DNA of 60,844 nucleotides, the filler included, from Asterionella formosa (taxonomy: Eukaryota): the NCBI GenBank assembly GCA_002256025.1. It is 6 parts of 6 records of this genome, joined end to end, with 100 filler letters (N's around TTAATTAATTAA, not from the genome) between each part and the next. Parts side by side here need not be neighbours in the genome. Positions count along the whole stretch, not along the records: positions 1 to 10,064 come from NKIB01009914.1; positions 10,165 to 20,228 come from NKIB01009916.1; 4 more parts are not named here. One strand, 5' to 3'. The notes under the pieces are model-generated. The model was not told the origin of the DNA. It saw only the letters and a list, made by a program, of their open reading frames with translations, and made no database searches. Below, piece after piece: positions 1 to 11,480 of the stretch (position 1 is the stretch's first letter; each line of letters begins with the position of its first letter). A program made the translations under genes and the position numbers.

Positions 1-1633
1 GATCCTGCAACTCCAATTCCACTCGAATTCTCTGCCAACGCTTCATAGTTGAGCTGCAGAATTGATGGCAACTGAGCATACGTAAGTCCCAAAAACGAGT
101 TGGTTGACAAACGGTTGACAAAGACGGTGTATTCAGAGTCCTGAGCGATGAATTCATTTCTGTCTCGATCAGAGATTGTCATTCCAATTGTACATTCGTT
201 CGGAAGCGAGATATTGACCGGGTTAGTCATTGGCGATATACCTGGAGTGAATGATGGCGTAAGTTGTGACGTTCTTGTTGGTACCACAGTCAGAGAGACA
301 GAAGGTGCTGGAGTCGATGCATTTACAGCTCCATGAATTACAGGAAACTTACTTGGAAGCAATGTAGATAAATTTGGAGTCATGGTAAGTGGAGCAGAGA
401 ATTGTGTAGGTGAAAGCGGCGTCGAGGAATTGGGCAGTGGCGTTGGAGGAACAGAGGCTTTCGTTGGTGCACTCGGTCCCTGATTCGCGGATTCCAAAAC
501 ACAAATGTCTTGTTCGGCCCCTCTACAGATCGGACCACCAATCACAGCACTGTTGTTCGCAAAACTATTATACCAAGCCAAGAAATTACATTTCAAATCA
601 GTATCTGCAGTTACGTAGTTGCCAGAAGTAACCGCCATGACAACGTCAGAATAGTGTATCACAAGCGCCAAAATAGCAAGATTCTCGACAAAGCAGTTGT
701 TGATGAGTACCAATTCTCCGCCCCCTTCGTTGGAAATGATAGCCCTTGACAACTGTGATCCACTGCCTGTAAGAAAACGCTGGGGAGGACAATTTGAAAC
801 ACTTGTCATTGTGATGAACAACTTACAGTTGCGGAACTGCTGTCACTGAAATCATTATCTTGAAAGACACATCCGTCAAAGGTTGTTTTTTGCCAAGAGT
901 AAAGTGCTACAACGAGGCTCTGCATCAAAGGATCTGATCCTGGATTGGGGAGTCCTTTGTTCCCTTTGAAGGTGCAATTCTTGAACGTAAGATCTAGTAC
1001 TGGGAAATCAGTTCCATCCCCGAGTTTTCGATGCAGATTTTCTTCGTTGACGGAAAAGGCTGATGCCAGTCGACGAGAGGGCGCATACAAAGATGGACTA
1101 ACTCCTTGTTCAATCATTTCCCTTCGTCGAGCAGGCGGGGCAACGCCAATGGCTGCAACGTTTGCTATATTGGTTGCATCCAAGAACGCACAGTCAATCA
1201 CATCAACTTTTCCTCCATAACCTTCTAAATAGAAAGTTTGTGTTTGAATTGATTGAAAAGTAAGCCCTTGGAAAACAACGTTATCCAATAATATACCATC
1301 ATAATTCGGGAACGAGTTGATGAACACGCCAAAGCTTCCTTTCGTAATGGTGCAATTGTTTTCTCGCCTACCATCTTCGCCACACTTGATAGTCGCATTA
1401 GACCTCAAAAAAAGTGGCTGTTGACCGTCAATAACCATCGTTCCGTTGAAGAGCCCGACTTCATAGTCAGTAAATGGGCAGAGAATGTACTCCCGAGGTA
1501 GTATCTGCGTTGGATTAAAAGGGTCGATATAATATAACTCGATGTTCGAGATATTATCGAGGTTATCAAAACACTGAGCCTCCACTGATCCAGCAAAGAG
1601 AGCAACGGCGAATACCAGTGAAAGAAAGATCAT
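1..1633 (-). CDS. Secreted multidomain protein, 3'-truncated at the scaffold edge; exons 1633..827 and 752..<1
   Basis: ATG at 1633 starts a signal peptide (MIFLSLVFAVALFAGSVEA|QC). A Cys domain follows (REYILCPFT...LRSNATIKCGEDG..NNC). A GTAAGT donor at 826 and CAG acceptor at 753 splice in frame to an exon open to position 1 (LSRAIISNEGGGELVLINNCFVEN...). That exon contains a Pro/Ser/Thr linker and then an EF-hand-like motif (SDRDRNEFIAQDSEYTVFVNRLS). Confidence 0.8.
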
Positions 1634-2652
1634 TCTGGCGGTGCAGTGGAAAGATGGCTGATGTCGAGAGAAACTCATTCTCGTGTGTATTTTTGTGTTT
1701 CTTTCATGTGGTTGATTCATCGTCTTTTTTTGCTGGTAGTTAGTACATACGTACCGGCAGGGTCATCGATTAACGCACAAAAAGAAAGACCGGTGCACCG
1801 GTTTACATCTGATGCATGGTCGAAATTAGGTGGAATAATTGTTCAAATATGGCTGATCATTAATCCTGCTTTATGCTGTCGATACTAAGCTGCTTTCCGA
1901 TATTTATTTATGTTTGTTGTTGTACATGTTATACCGGTATAATATGATACACAAAATATGTGCGTGAAAATTACATATATGACATGGTTTCTAATTAGCA
2001 TGTACAAGGAAGTACGATTAACTAAGGAATCGTAAGTAACCCAGCACCTATCCCAGTATTAAACACAAATACGTACCTACTGGTACATGGTACTGGTACT
2101 GCAGTATGTATAACGGTATGCGGTCCTGTGGTCTATAGAATCACAACACATTTAGCTCATAATGAATGTACATCGAAATTAACGTTTAAGTTTATGCAGG
2201 TCTACATTTGCATAAGTACGGATGAACATACAATGGGAGGATATGTATTCGATCCGATATGCATACAGTACCAGGTACGATAATACCGGTAATATGTATC
2301 GTCAGTTAGAATAGTATGTAGGGGTAGAGATGCGCATTGTTAGTCGCTTAACGGAAACACGACTTTAAATTGTTGTTGAACCAGGATATACCAGGACAAA
2401 GAAAAGACATCATAAATCTCCACATTATACTGGTATCATCGTGGCTATGAGAGCGTCTAAAAAATACTAAGTCGGTGTTATCACAAGTCTACTTTGCATA
2501 TGTTGGTGGTATTGTATTCTACAAGGTTCATGGAGTACCACTACCATCGAAGGTCTTGTACACGGTAAACCGGTTATACATAATAGGTCGTGCATATTTG
2601 TCACAAGGAGTCCACCATTTGTTGCAAATTGTTACACCAGGTTGATTAGATT

Positions 2653-2770
2653 TGTCAAATTCTATAGTTGAAATATCACTGATCTTAATTTTACAATCAC
2701 TAACTAAAGCTGAGAACATATTTTTGCTTTTCAGTCTGTAATATTGTGAGCTACTCCCTCTGTCCAATAT
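2653..2770 (-). mobile_element. Partial LTR of the same Copia family as 3746..4082 and 31599..31862
   Basis: Shares ttgaaatatca.tgatctt...aaagctga.aacatat...aatattgtgagcta with 3750..3846. Confidence 0.6.
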
Positions 2771-3049
2771 TAGTTGCAACAATAATTCAAATTTCTCCAG
2801 GGCCATTTTGACACCAACAATTTTCTCCGGCTTAATTGCCCTATTGTGCGGCTTGCCCTACTAAGCTACAGATCCATGTATATAATATGTATAGAACGAT
2901 TAAAATTAGCAACTATATTTCAAAAAAATGTTTTTGGGCTTTTCGATTTTCACTTAAGCCTGCATGAGGACCCATTTTTCTTCGAGTCACCTCTTCTCAA
3001 TAAGCACACAAATTAGGATATATCAGTAGAACAATGGCAACTTGACTTT

Positions 3050-3420
3050 GATTGTTGATTGTGCAAACCACGAAAGTGAGTTGAGTCAATTGTGCTAGGC
3101 GGGATTGGAACCATCTTTGTTCAATTTACCTGATCCAAAATTGCCGTCATCCTCCTTGAGAAATCAAACCCTGGCGTTTTTGAAATTATTCTCTCCCGTA
3201 AGTATGCATCAGTACCTTTTCACAACTACTTAAGGTTGTCATGAGAGACTGATCTAACATTGGATCAACATGAAAAAAAGGGCGCATGTGTATTCCTGTC
3301 GATTTTATTCATGCTCCTGCTGTTATTGCTCCTAATCTAGAAGCAGCTCCTGGTAAAGTGATTTAAATCAAGCCGCAGTCTGCATGGGCGTCCCTATTTC
3401 ATTTTTGAAATGCTTGCTGG
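3050..3420 (+). pseudogene. Degenerate C-terminus of a Plavaka/CACTA-like transposase
   Basis: Reads ...IPVDFIHAPAVIAPNLEAAPGKVI*IKPQSAWASLF, which resembles from memory the C-termini of diatom Plavaka-type transposases. Contains stop codons. Confidence 0.4.
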
Positions 3421-3745
3421 ATCTATGGAATAACACTAATGATAAAACGAAATGTCAAGGAAAGACAGGAGTTGTAGGATATGAGGAAGATCAATATTAA
3501 TACAAAAATGGAAGGAAAATACAGTTATCAATTGTTATAGAATTAAACAATCTCATTGATTGCCCAGGGTAATAGATGCTAATCATTCACTCATTCACTC
3601 ACAATGCAGATCCATATTCGGAATCAGCCACTTTGGAAAGCTCCTCCCCCTCCAATTTTGAATCCTTATTTTACCAGTAGACCGAGAAGTTTCACAACTA
3701 GTTGAGGCGACAGCAGAAGAAGAGTAGATTCTAGATGTCGATGGG

Positions 3746-4920
3746 TGTAAAATTGTCTATTTGAAATATCAGTGATCTTTTTACTTTTAAGATCACAAAA
3801 GCTGAAAACATATATTCACTTACACTTTATAATATTGTGAGCTATCTGTTAATAGTCTTTCTAGCCTTGTTCTTGCCTGATTACTCAAGTAATCCTGAAC
3901 AAGAGATCTCACACTTTTCTTGATCACTTCAATATGATGTTGCTTAGTTTGAGAATAAGTAAGCATATTCATTTTTCCATAAGTAAGCATTTCAATTCAT
4001 TTCACACCAAGCATTGCATGACTTGGTTTGTAATCACTAATAATATCGATTCTTGACTCGTTAGATTCCATATATTTTTTCACCCGCCTCCCTGATTTCG
4101 AAACTAACAACCCATAGTCCCATTCATAAAGCGAGTTGCATGAGTGTGATGAATTTTCTGAAGGACATTCGTTGAGAGTAGGTCTGCTAGATTCTTCAAA
4201 GTATTCAAATAATCAACTGCAATATCCCCATACTTCACTTCTCGAATGAAATGATATCTAACATCTGCTTAGTTTGTGAACCATCATTCTGTTGATTCTT
4301 TGATAAAAAGATTGCACCTATATTGTCTTCAACAATAATGCTGGGCATTTCCACATATTCAACTTCATTGTGTAGATTGATTATAAAACTGTTTCCTTTG
4401 ATCCATCTGATAGTGCCACATACTCTCCTTCATTACTGGAGTCAGTAACAATCTGTTGTCCTTTATAAATCCTATTCACAAGGCATGCACGCACCGTCAA
4501 TGGTGCCCAAATATGCACTTGTCGATTTCCTGGTATCTGTTATCTGGATTGTTTCCAAATGAGCTGTCTACCATGTCTTGAACTCGTTATTGATGTGGTG
4601 GTCTCACTTTCAATTTTCTGTTCTTTTCATCAGTTGCAATGAATCCTAACAAACGTTCAACAGCACTCCAATGGGCCTTTACTGGGTTCTCTAAATGTTG
4701 AGAAAGTTTTCGACATGCATTTGCACATACTGATCCAACTTTCTTCACCAAATACAACAATTTACCCACCATAGTATAATATTCTTTATGAAGAGACACT
4801 TTGTATGGATTCTTTCTAAGAATAATCCCTGGCAATGCTGACGTTGATGCATCTCTAGGATACTTTCCGAAAATATCATGATAATCTTTGAGCATAATCA
4901 GCATTCTCGATGGAATGGAT
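3746..4920 (-). mobile_element. Ty1/Copia relic: RT end, RNase H, PPT and 3' LTR (3746..4082)
   Basis: Minus strand reads YYTMVGKLLYLVKK...LSQHLENPVKAHWSAVERLLGF, then EGEYVALSDG...IIVEDNIGAIFL...VRYHFIRE...NLADLLS. A purine tract AGGGAGGCGGG (4093..4083) directly precedes a TG...CA LTR that is homologous to 31599..31862. Confidence 0.85.
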
Positions 4921-5284
4921 TGACCTTACACAATCGCTTGAGGAAGTATCCTTGGCAAGCTAAGTTTGGTCAAGGATGGCATGAATTTCCTGACAACCGT
5001 TCCAATACTTGACCAATGATATATCTTTGAGCATGGAGTCATCATGGGAGAGACTGATAGATAGAAATATAGGAGGCAGTGGCTCGACTGATATACATTA
5101 TCACATATTGATAACTGGCTCATAAGTACCAATATGTTTCAAATCAAATCTTTGAAACATGATATTTCTAAATATAATTGTTTGAAAAGTCATGCATCAG
5201 TTCGTCTGTGAATAGATTTTCCATTAGATCTAACTTACTCAGCATACGTTAAAAAACTGATTGATTATTCAAATATTTTGACAT

Positions 5285-5640
5285 GTTGATGATAATTTTG
5301 ATATATGAACGGCCGTGTCTGTATGATCAATCAAATTTGTACGTTAGGTTAGTAGCATCCACATGTTAGGTTATGCGTATATAAAAACTCGTATATATTA
5401 GTTACCAAATCTAATCGGTTAACCAAAATTGTTGATGTATTGATCAAATGTTTTGTTATGTTTGTTGATGATATTTTGATACATCAATGACCGTGTTGGT
5501 GTGGTGGTCAATCAAATTTGTTTGTCAGATTATTTGCTTACACACGTCAGGTTAGGCATAGATAATAGCTAGTCATATATATTAGTTATCAAATTTAATA
5601 TGCTAACCAAATGCTTTGATATATTGATATGTTTTTTGAT
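5285..5640 (+). repeat. Two diverged tandem copies of a ~180 bp unit
   Basis: ttgatgata.ttttgata...tcaatcaaatttgt...tatattagtta.caaat.taat...taaccaaa occurs at about 5285 and about 5464. Confidence 0.75.
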
Positions 5641-8144
5641 TGATCAATAGCTGTTGCTCTTTGATCAATTATTGTTTTAGCGAAGGTTATGACTTTACAC
5701 AGATCACCTTACGTGTTTGTAAACCTTGTACCCGACGATGCTATCAGAATGAATTCTTTGCAACAACGGTGCGTTCCTTGTTGCCATTCCGATTTGAATG
5801 CTCTACCGATACATGCTTTGATACAATTCTTGTACTGGTAGTATTCGTCATTATCTCTCCATTCGCATATCAGTAATCGAATTTCTTACAAGCAAGCCAT
5901 GTGCGTTTGTTGAACAATCCCTTATGAGCTACCTTCTTGCGGGGATGACAATGATCTCAGTTTTATAACGACTGATTTGACCTCGATATTGATGGGGAAT
6001 TATGCTGGCGAAGTTTGATTGTTTGTTTGTTACTCGAAATCAAAAGCTTTGGTCAATTTATATGACAGAATTGGAGAACGATGCATTGAAGGCCATACCC
6101 AATTCCAATTCCAACCGAAATCAAGAAGATAGTACCTTTTGATCATAATTCGCCCATTGCAAACATCGATCAGTATTTCGAATCTGTTCTTCAAGATGAG
6201 ATGTGGATCAAAGTGAAGATGGACCAGATGGCGGCGCAGTTTGTTGCTCATGGCCTTCTTAATCATGGCTCTTCCATTCTCATTGACTAGCTATTGGAGA
6301 GCACATTTGTATGCTTCAGAATTAGAGCCGCAACATCACTAATCAGGAAGTAGCTTTATTTCATTCAGGAAATAGTAGCATCACATGAACCTTGAATAGC
6401 AGGGGGTTCGAAATAACAGTCGTAACTTTGCTTTATAACATTGCACTATCCCATTGTTTTAAGAAATCTCTATATCGGCAACATCAGAGCGAGGCAATAT
6501 ATAGGACAGCCTAAACCTCATCGACTTCCTCAGAGCGTCTAATTGAGTCTATCGAATCTGATAGACTTGATATAAAATCTCCCCCTTCCAAAGCAAAAGC
6601 AAAATGTAAATTAAAGGCAACTCCAGACATGGTTGCCAATCCGGAAGAAGCAGTCCATGACTTGTCACCAAAGAGTTCCGAAATTGTAGGAGTGATTGGG
6701 AAAGTAAATAAAGAACAGGTCGAGGAGGAAAGTGATTTGTCCCAATTATCCAGTAAGGAGTTGGAAATATTGAAACAGGACATGGTTGCCAGTCTGGATG
6801 TAGTTCATGGGTGCATTTGGTGGCATATTGTTGTCTTTCTGATGTAGTCTAAAATCTCGAGGAAAGTGAGTTTTCCATAAAAATCATCGCTGGTCCTATA
6901 TGATTCCGAAATTTCCTTGAAGTTTCAAATGATGTTTTGTTAAACAAGCCAGACTCTAGGAACACATAGAATTTGTTGAGAACAAAATCCAGGACACTGT
7001 CATCTAGTCTCTTCTCGTCGCTGCCTTTGTCATCATGATCAAAGTATCTAACCAGTAAGAGTCATTCCTTACTCTTCTGTTGTCTCTTGAACAGACATGA
7101 AATACGCCATAGAAACACGTTTTTCCTGATTGAAAAATCTGCGATCGGTATCCCCTTCACAACCAAGATCATTCCATTCCTTGTAGCACTCGGAACATTT
7201 GCCATATCAGATAATAAGTGATATATGGCACTATCGATAGCGTGCAAATGTCAAGTTTTCAAGAAAAAAGTGACTGTAACAGAACAAGGAAGCAGAAAGT
7301 GGCCAAGGGATAATTGTCTAACAACTATAGGATTAGACAGTGGGCAAGTGCTGGATTGGAAGCGATGCAGCACCGACATACTCAGTAATAGACTTTAGAT
7401 TGGTAGGGCAAAGCTACAGTGTCATAGTACCAGCGTAGTAATAGGTACAGTTTCACTGTAGCCACGTCATGTTCCAACCAGGTATTGAGACAAGGGCAAG
7501 AAGGGAATGCTGGTACTAGGGTTAACCTACAGTTTCACAGTACCAGCGTAGTAATAGGTACAGTTTCACAGTACCGGGTATTCGAATTCCTGTTAAGTCT
7601 TGTATATTTTATCTAATCATACATACTGGTAGGGTATTAAATGTTCCTTCGAAAAAGTTACTAGACATACAGAGATGTATGTTATACACACTTTTTGAAG
7701 AAGAGGAAATGTTGAGATATTGTTAAAAAATTCATGCCGGTAATGCATTCTATTCCACATGACCAACTGATGAGGGAATGGTGATAGAGAGTCTTCTACC
7801 TGTATCAAACCAACCGGTGAGAAGAGGTAAGTTATATGATTGTTTTGCTTCTCAACTGTGGCTACCAAGGGGCTTATGATCGGTACCGTGTGAGACCGGA
7901 AGCAAACTATAAAATTGTATCGCTGTTCGTGTGCGCTGCTACCACTCAAAGTTTCTACACTTCCTCAGGACGAACGATAAAAATCCACCTAATTACGAGG
8001 TAAGAAACCGCACTTAATATCTTTGTTCACAATGCTGCAGAGGGTTTGTAGTGTCTGTGTCCAATAATTTGGATTTCGACATTAATAACATCTTTTCCTT
8101 CCATATATGCAGATGTGAGGGTTAACAACGCTACCTGTCACCCA

Positions 8145-8595
8145 TCAATCAACAGTGAGAGCATAGGTAAGTTACTATACTCTCATTTGATGCTCGTTAT
8201 GTCGATTGGAACATGAAGTTATATAGATTGTTTATGTCATCAGTTCGTGGCACATGTGTGGCTGGAGATGCTTTAATCGTTGCAACACTTTTGCTAACAT
8301 TGATATTATCTCCTCAAAATCACACAGGAACCTTGGAGAATGTGGCTTGCTACCATTCTTAATGGAAGCAACAATCAACCATGAGAGCACAGGTAAGTTA
8401 TATGCACTTTGCCTGCTCATACGGAAATTGGAGTGATGGACTGTTCATGTGATCGTTTCGTTGCACATATCTTCCTTTAGATGCCTTGCTTACTTGATGC
8501 AACAGTTTTGCTAACATTGTTGTTAATATCTCTTACAGGAAAGTCGTACAAGAACATTGGAGAATGTGACTTGCTGCCATTCGCAATGGTAGAGG
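8145..8595 (+). repeat. Tandem duplication of a ~225 bp exon/intron-like unit
   Basis: caatcaac..tgagagca.aggtaagtta...ttttgctaacattg...ttggagaatgtg.cttgct.ccattc occurs twice, each copy with a GTAAGT donor. Confidence 0.7.
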
Positions 8596-9149
8596 TTCGA
8601 ATAAAGCATCATCAATTTCGTTTACTCTCTCATTTCATTTTGAAAAGGCAATGATCTAAACATAGCTACCGGAAGCGAAAATTAAGGTATTGAAGACCAC
8701 TGTGTGCTCATTCTGATAGAGGATGTACAGTGGAAAGTATGGGTGACCAGAAGTAGAATATTTGAGTATTAAATAGCAATCCATTTAATTCGATTTGTGT
8801 TCATCATTGATCGAACATGATAATAGGTTTGATCAATGAGAGAAATAAGTTAGATCAGTAGTAGTGAATGTTAGATCGAAAGCTAAAAATTCTATTTGAT
8901 ATTAGCATTCCAAAGGTTAGACTGAATGAATAAACTGATTTGATCTCACGATTACCATCTTTAGATCGAACACCAAAACGTTAGTTGATATCAATCATTT
9001 TTTTGTAGTATGATCAATCAGTATTTCTGTTTGATCAATCAGTTTTTTTGTATGATCAATAAAAAAAATACGTCATACTGAGAATTTTGGGGCAGTGGGT
9101 CTTACAGCAAAACTGTTAGGCCTAACGGTTTTTTTATTTACAGACGTTT

Positions 9150-9750
9150 GCAACAATGGGTGAGGGCAAATAAAATTTTATGGTATGTTGAATCTGCACA
9201 TCTAATTTCACCTGGGCCATAAAGACACAAGGAGAAAGCTATGATAATCCTGACTGAGACAAACCCTGGGCCAATGACCCGCCTCCAACCTTTTAATCTG
9301 GTGGGTGGTGAGGTGGAGCGAAGCTCCATTTCCCAGAGTGATTCATCCATCCTGATGCTGTGCCTGGATTGATATGTGAACTGTTTCTATCCATGTCATT
9401 TTTGTTCTACTGTGCGGTGTTTCTGTCTGACAGGCAGGCCTTGGTAACAAGTAAATGGGCAAGTCTCTTGGATTGAAAAACTCCTTCATATGCATCATAC
9501 AGATATCATGTTACCAAGTTATCCACTTCTGTTGCCACATTGCTGCTTATTCCACATTTGTTGCCCCATACAAAAAGTAATTTCTTGCCCTCGAGCAGTC
9601 GACAAAGTGCTGCCACAGAGTTCACACCATGTTTGTACTCCATTTCTTGTCTCTGACCATATCATCATGAAGCCTTCATGTATCAGTTTGCAACAATATT
9701 GTTCCTGGACAGTATGGCGTTACTACCAGGTAGACATTAGTCTAAACTGT
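9150..9750 (-). mobile_element. Possible 3' end of a non-LTR retrotransposon (Ambal/LINE-like), degenerate
   Basis: Frameshifted minus-strand fragments WSETRNGVQ/HG...EQK*/TWIETVHI resemble the W..RN...H...WI C-terminus of LINE ORF2 proteins. A GC-richer UTR-like segment follows. Confidence 0.35.
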
Positions 9751-9851
9751 GTATATAATAAATAGCCAAATATCAATCACATAAAGTGATTATGTACTTT
9801 AATGAGGGATCCTGTTAACCTCTAATTGGCTAGTCATAGCATGGACACACT

Positions 9852-10064
9852 TCAATAGCTCTGGCCCATTGCCATTTCCAATCCTTTAGTCAATAGTTTC
9901 GAGGTGCGATGCATTGGTAAGCCCATCACAGAAAAGAAATCACCCGAAATGCTTTCTACAAACTGTCCACCAATCCCTTGAATACCATATGAACCCGCTT
10001 TATCCATGGGTTCCTGGGTGGCAATGTAGTTCAGGATATCATCTTCCCGGAGTGAGGCAAAAGT
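9852..10064 (-). CDS. Maf-like nucleoside triphosphate pyrophosphatase, C-terminal 70 aa (5' part off scaffold)
   Basis: Open frame TFASLREDDILNYIATQEPMDKAGSYGIQGIGGQFVESISGDFFSVMGLPMHRTSKLL...* carries the Maf signature DKAGxYGIQG and V.GLP. It is absent from the supplied ORF track. Confidence 0.9.
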   Translation of the reverse strand, partial: TFASLREDDILNYIATQEPMDKAGSYGIQGIGGQFVESISGDFFSVMGLPMHRTSKLLTKGLEMAMGQSY

Positions 10065-10164
10065 NNNNNNNNNNNNNNNNNNNNNNNNNNNNNNNNNNNN
10101 NNNNNNNNTTAATTAATTAANNNNNNNNNNNNNNNNNNNNNNNNNNNNNNNNNNNNNNNNNNNN
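10065..10164. other. Artificial scaffold linker N44-TTAATTAATTAA-N44
   Basis: 100-nt spacer whose 12-mer has stops in all six frames. Identical copies lie at 20229, 30392, 40551 and 50701. Confidence 0.97.
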
Positions 10165-11089
10165 AAGGTGGAGGCAAAGGTGGAGAAGCAAACAAGCAAT
10201 CAAACAAAAAATTCTCGCTTGGCTGACATCTGTCATAGTAGTAATACCAAACCAGTAGCCTGATGTAAGCAGAACACTAATTAGTGACAAACGTAAATAA
10301 TCCCTATATAAATCTATATCAAACCATCATCAAAACGAATGAAAGTAAGATTATTGACACAAAAACTGAAATAATATTTGAGTTAAAAGGCAAACGCATT
10401 ATTATTTAAGGTTTAAAAAATGAAAACAATGAATAATAAATGGGTAGATGATGCAACGGACAAATAATATTGTGGCAGGAAAAAGCTTTAGAGTGAACAA
10501 TAGGGTAATCAAAACCAGAATTTGAATATAAAATTTTCTTCAGGTACGTAGTAAAAAATATGTATTGATAGTCATACAAAACGACCATAATCATCAACTT
10601 TAAAAACTTCATATCTCTTGAATTATGAAGCTTCATTACTAATTAAACAGACCTATTGAAAGCGGAGAGCCTGTTCTACATTTAGCTACGTACTTGATTT
10701 GTTGTCACAATGAAATTTGACTAAAATAGTTTGAGTCGAAACATGGGGTAAACTTTTTATGACTCTCAGTTTTTAGGTGGTACTGTAGTCTAGTATGAAA
10801 GGATTTTGACAGATGAGCAAGCATACCGGTAGACGAGCAACGAGAATATGAAATCGAGGGTGTACCGGTATACCCGGTAGTTTGTCTCTAATGGTACAAT
10901 ACCCCTCACTCGAAGGCGCTACTATTTTATTATTTAGCTCAGATCATGTGATTCTTTTGTACATATATATGTATAAAACACAACGTACAGTGTTATATAG
11001 TCGTTGCAAAAACATGGAACATCTCCATGAAAAATGAGAACGCTTTGCTATTTGGTACCTGGTACAGGTAATTTAAAGTACGAAATAGA

Positions 11090-11480
11090 TACACACGGAA
11101 AAAAGCTTGTAGCCTATATTGGAATTCATTACAACAAGGCGAAGAAGAAATAAAACAAAACAAGGTTGACCTTGTATTGGCTAGCTTCATCATTATGGTT
11201 GCAAATCCGTGCTCTTAACAATACTAGTAGGAAAAAGATTTTTTTCAACACAAGGTTCACAAAATGACCAGAATTTTTTTAAATAAAAATTATGAATAGT
11301 TTCTCTGAAAAAGGGTTTAATGTGTCGTCCAATACAAGAATGTGTACCTTCTTGTATTGGTTTTAGCTACTATTTCACTTACACTTTGTATTGGTAAACC
11401 AATAAGAACATCAGCTAAAATTTAAGGTTTTCCTTGTTTTGGACCCAATTACTCATTTGGAAAACCCATTACAGTATCAG
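11090..11480. repeat. Array of TTGTATTGG/CCAATAC motifs, probably the subterminal repeats of a DNA transposon end
   Basis: Motifs cttgtattgg, ccaatacaag and tttgtattggtaaaccaata recur downstream of CACACGGAAAAAA (~11092). Confidence 0.4.

Larger units (their letters stand above)
5203..9146. mobile_element. Putative TIR DNA transposon with subterminal repeats and a decayed intron-containing cargo ORF
   Basis: TIRs CGTCTGTGAATA (5203..5214) and TATTTACAGACG (9135..9146) match at 11/12, with TT on both flanks. GATCAA/GATCGAA-rich arrays sit just inside both ends (about 5220..5670 and 8800..9060). Confidence 0.55.

Noticed and set aside
148..1220. Short plus-strand ORFs, and similar antisense ORFs over the other real genes
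   Set aside because: They are shadows of the real CDS on the opposite strand.
5220..5670. CRISPR-like array (also 16755..16865 and 41930..42110)
   Set aside because: The repeats are short, degenerate and irregularly spaced, there are no cas genes, and the context is eukaryotic.
10109..10120. TTAATTAATTAA recurring every ~10 kb as a regularly spaced biological repeat
   Set aside because: It is always embedded in exactly 44+44 Ns, so it is an assembly linker.
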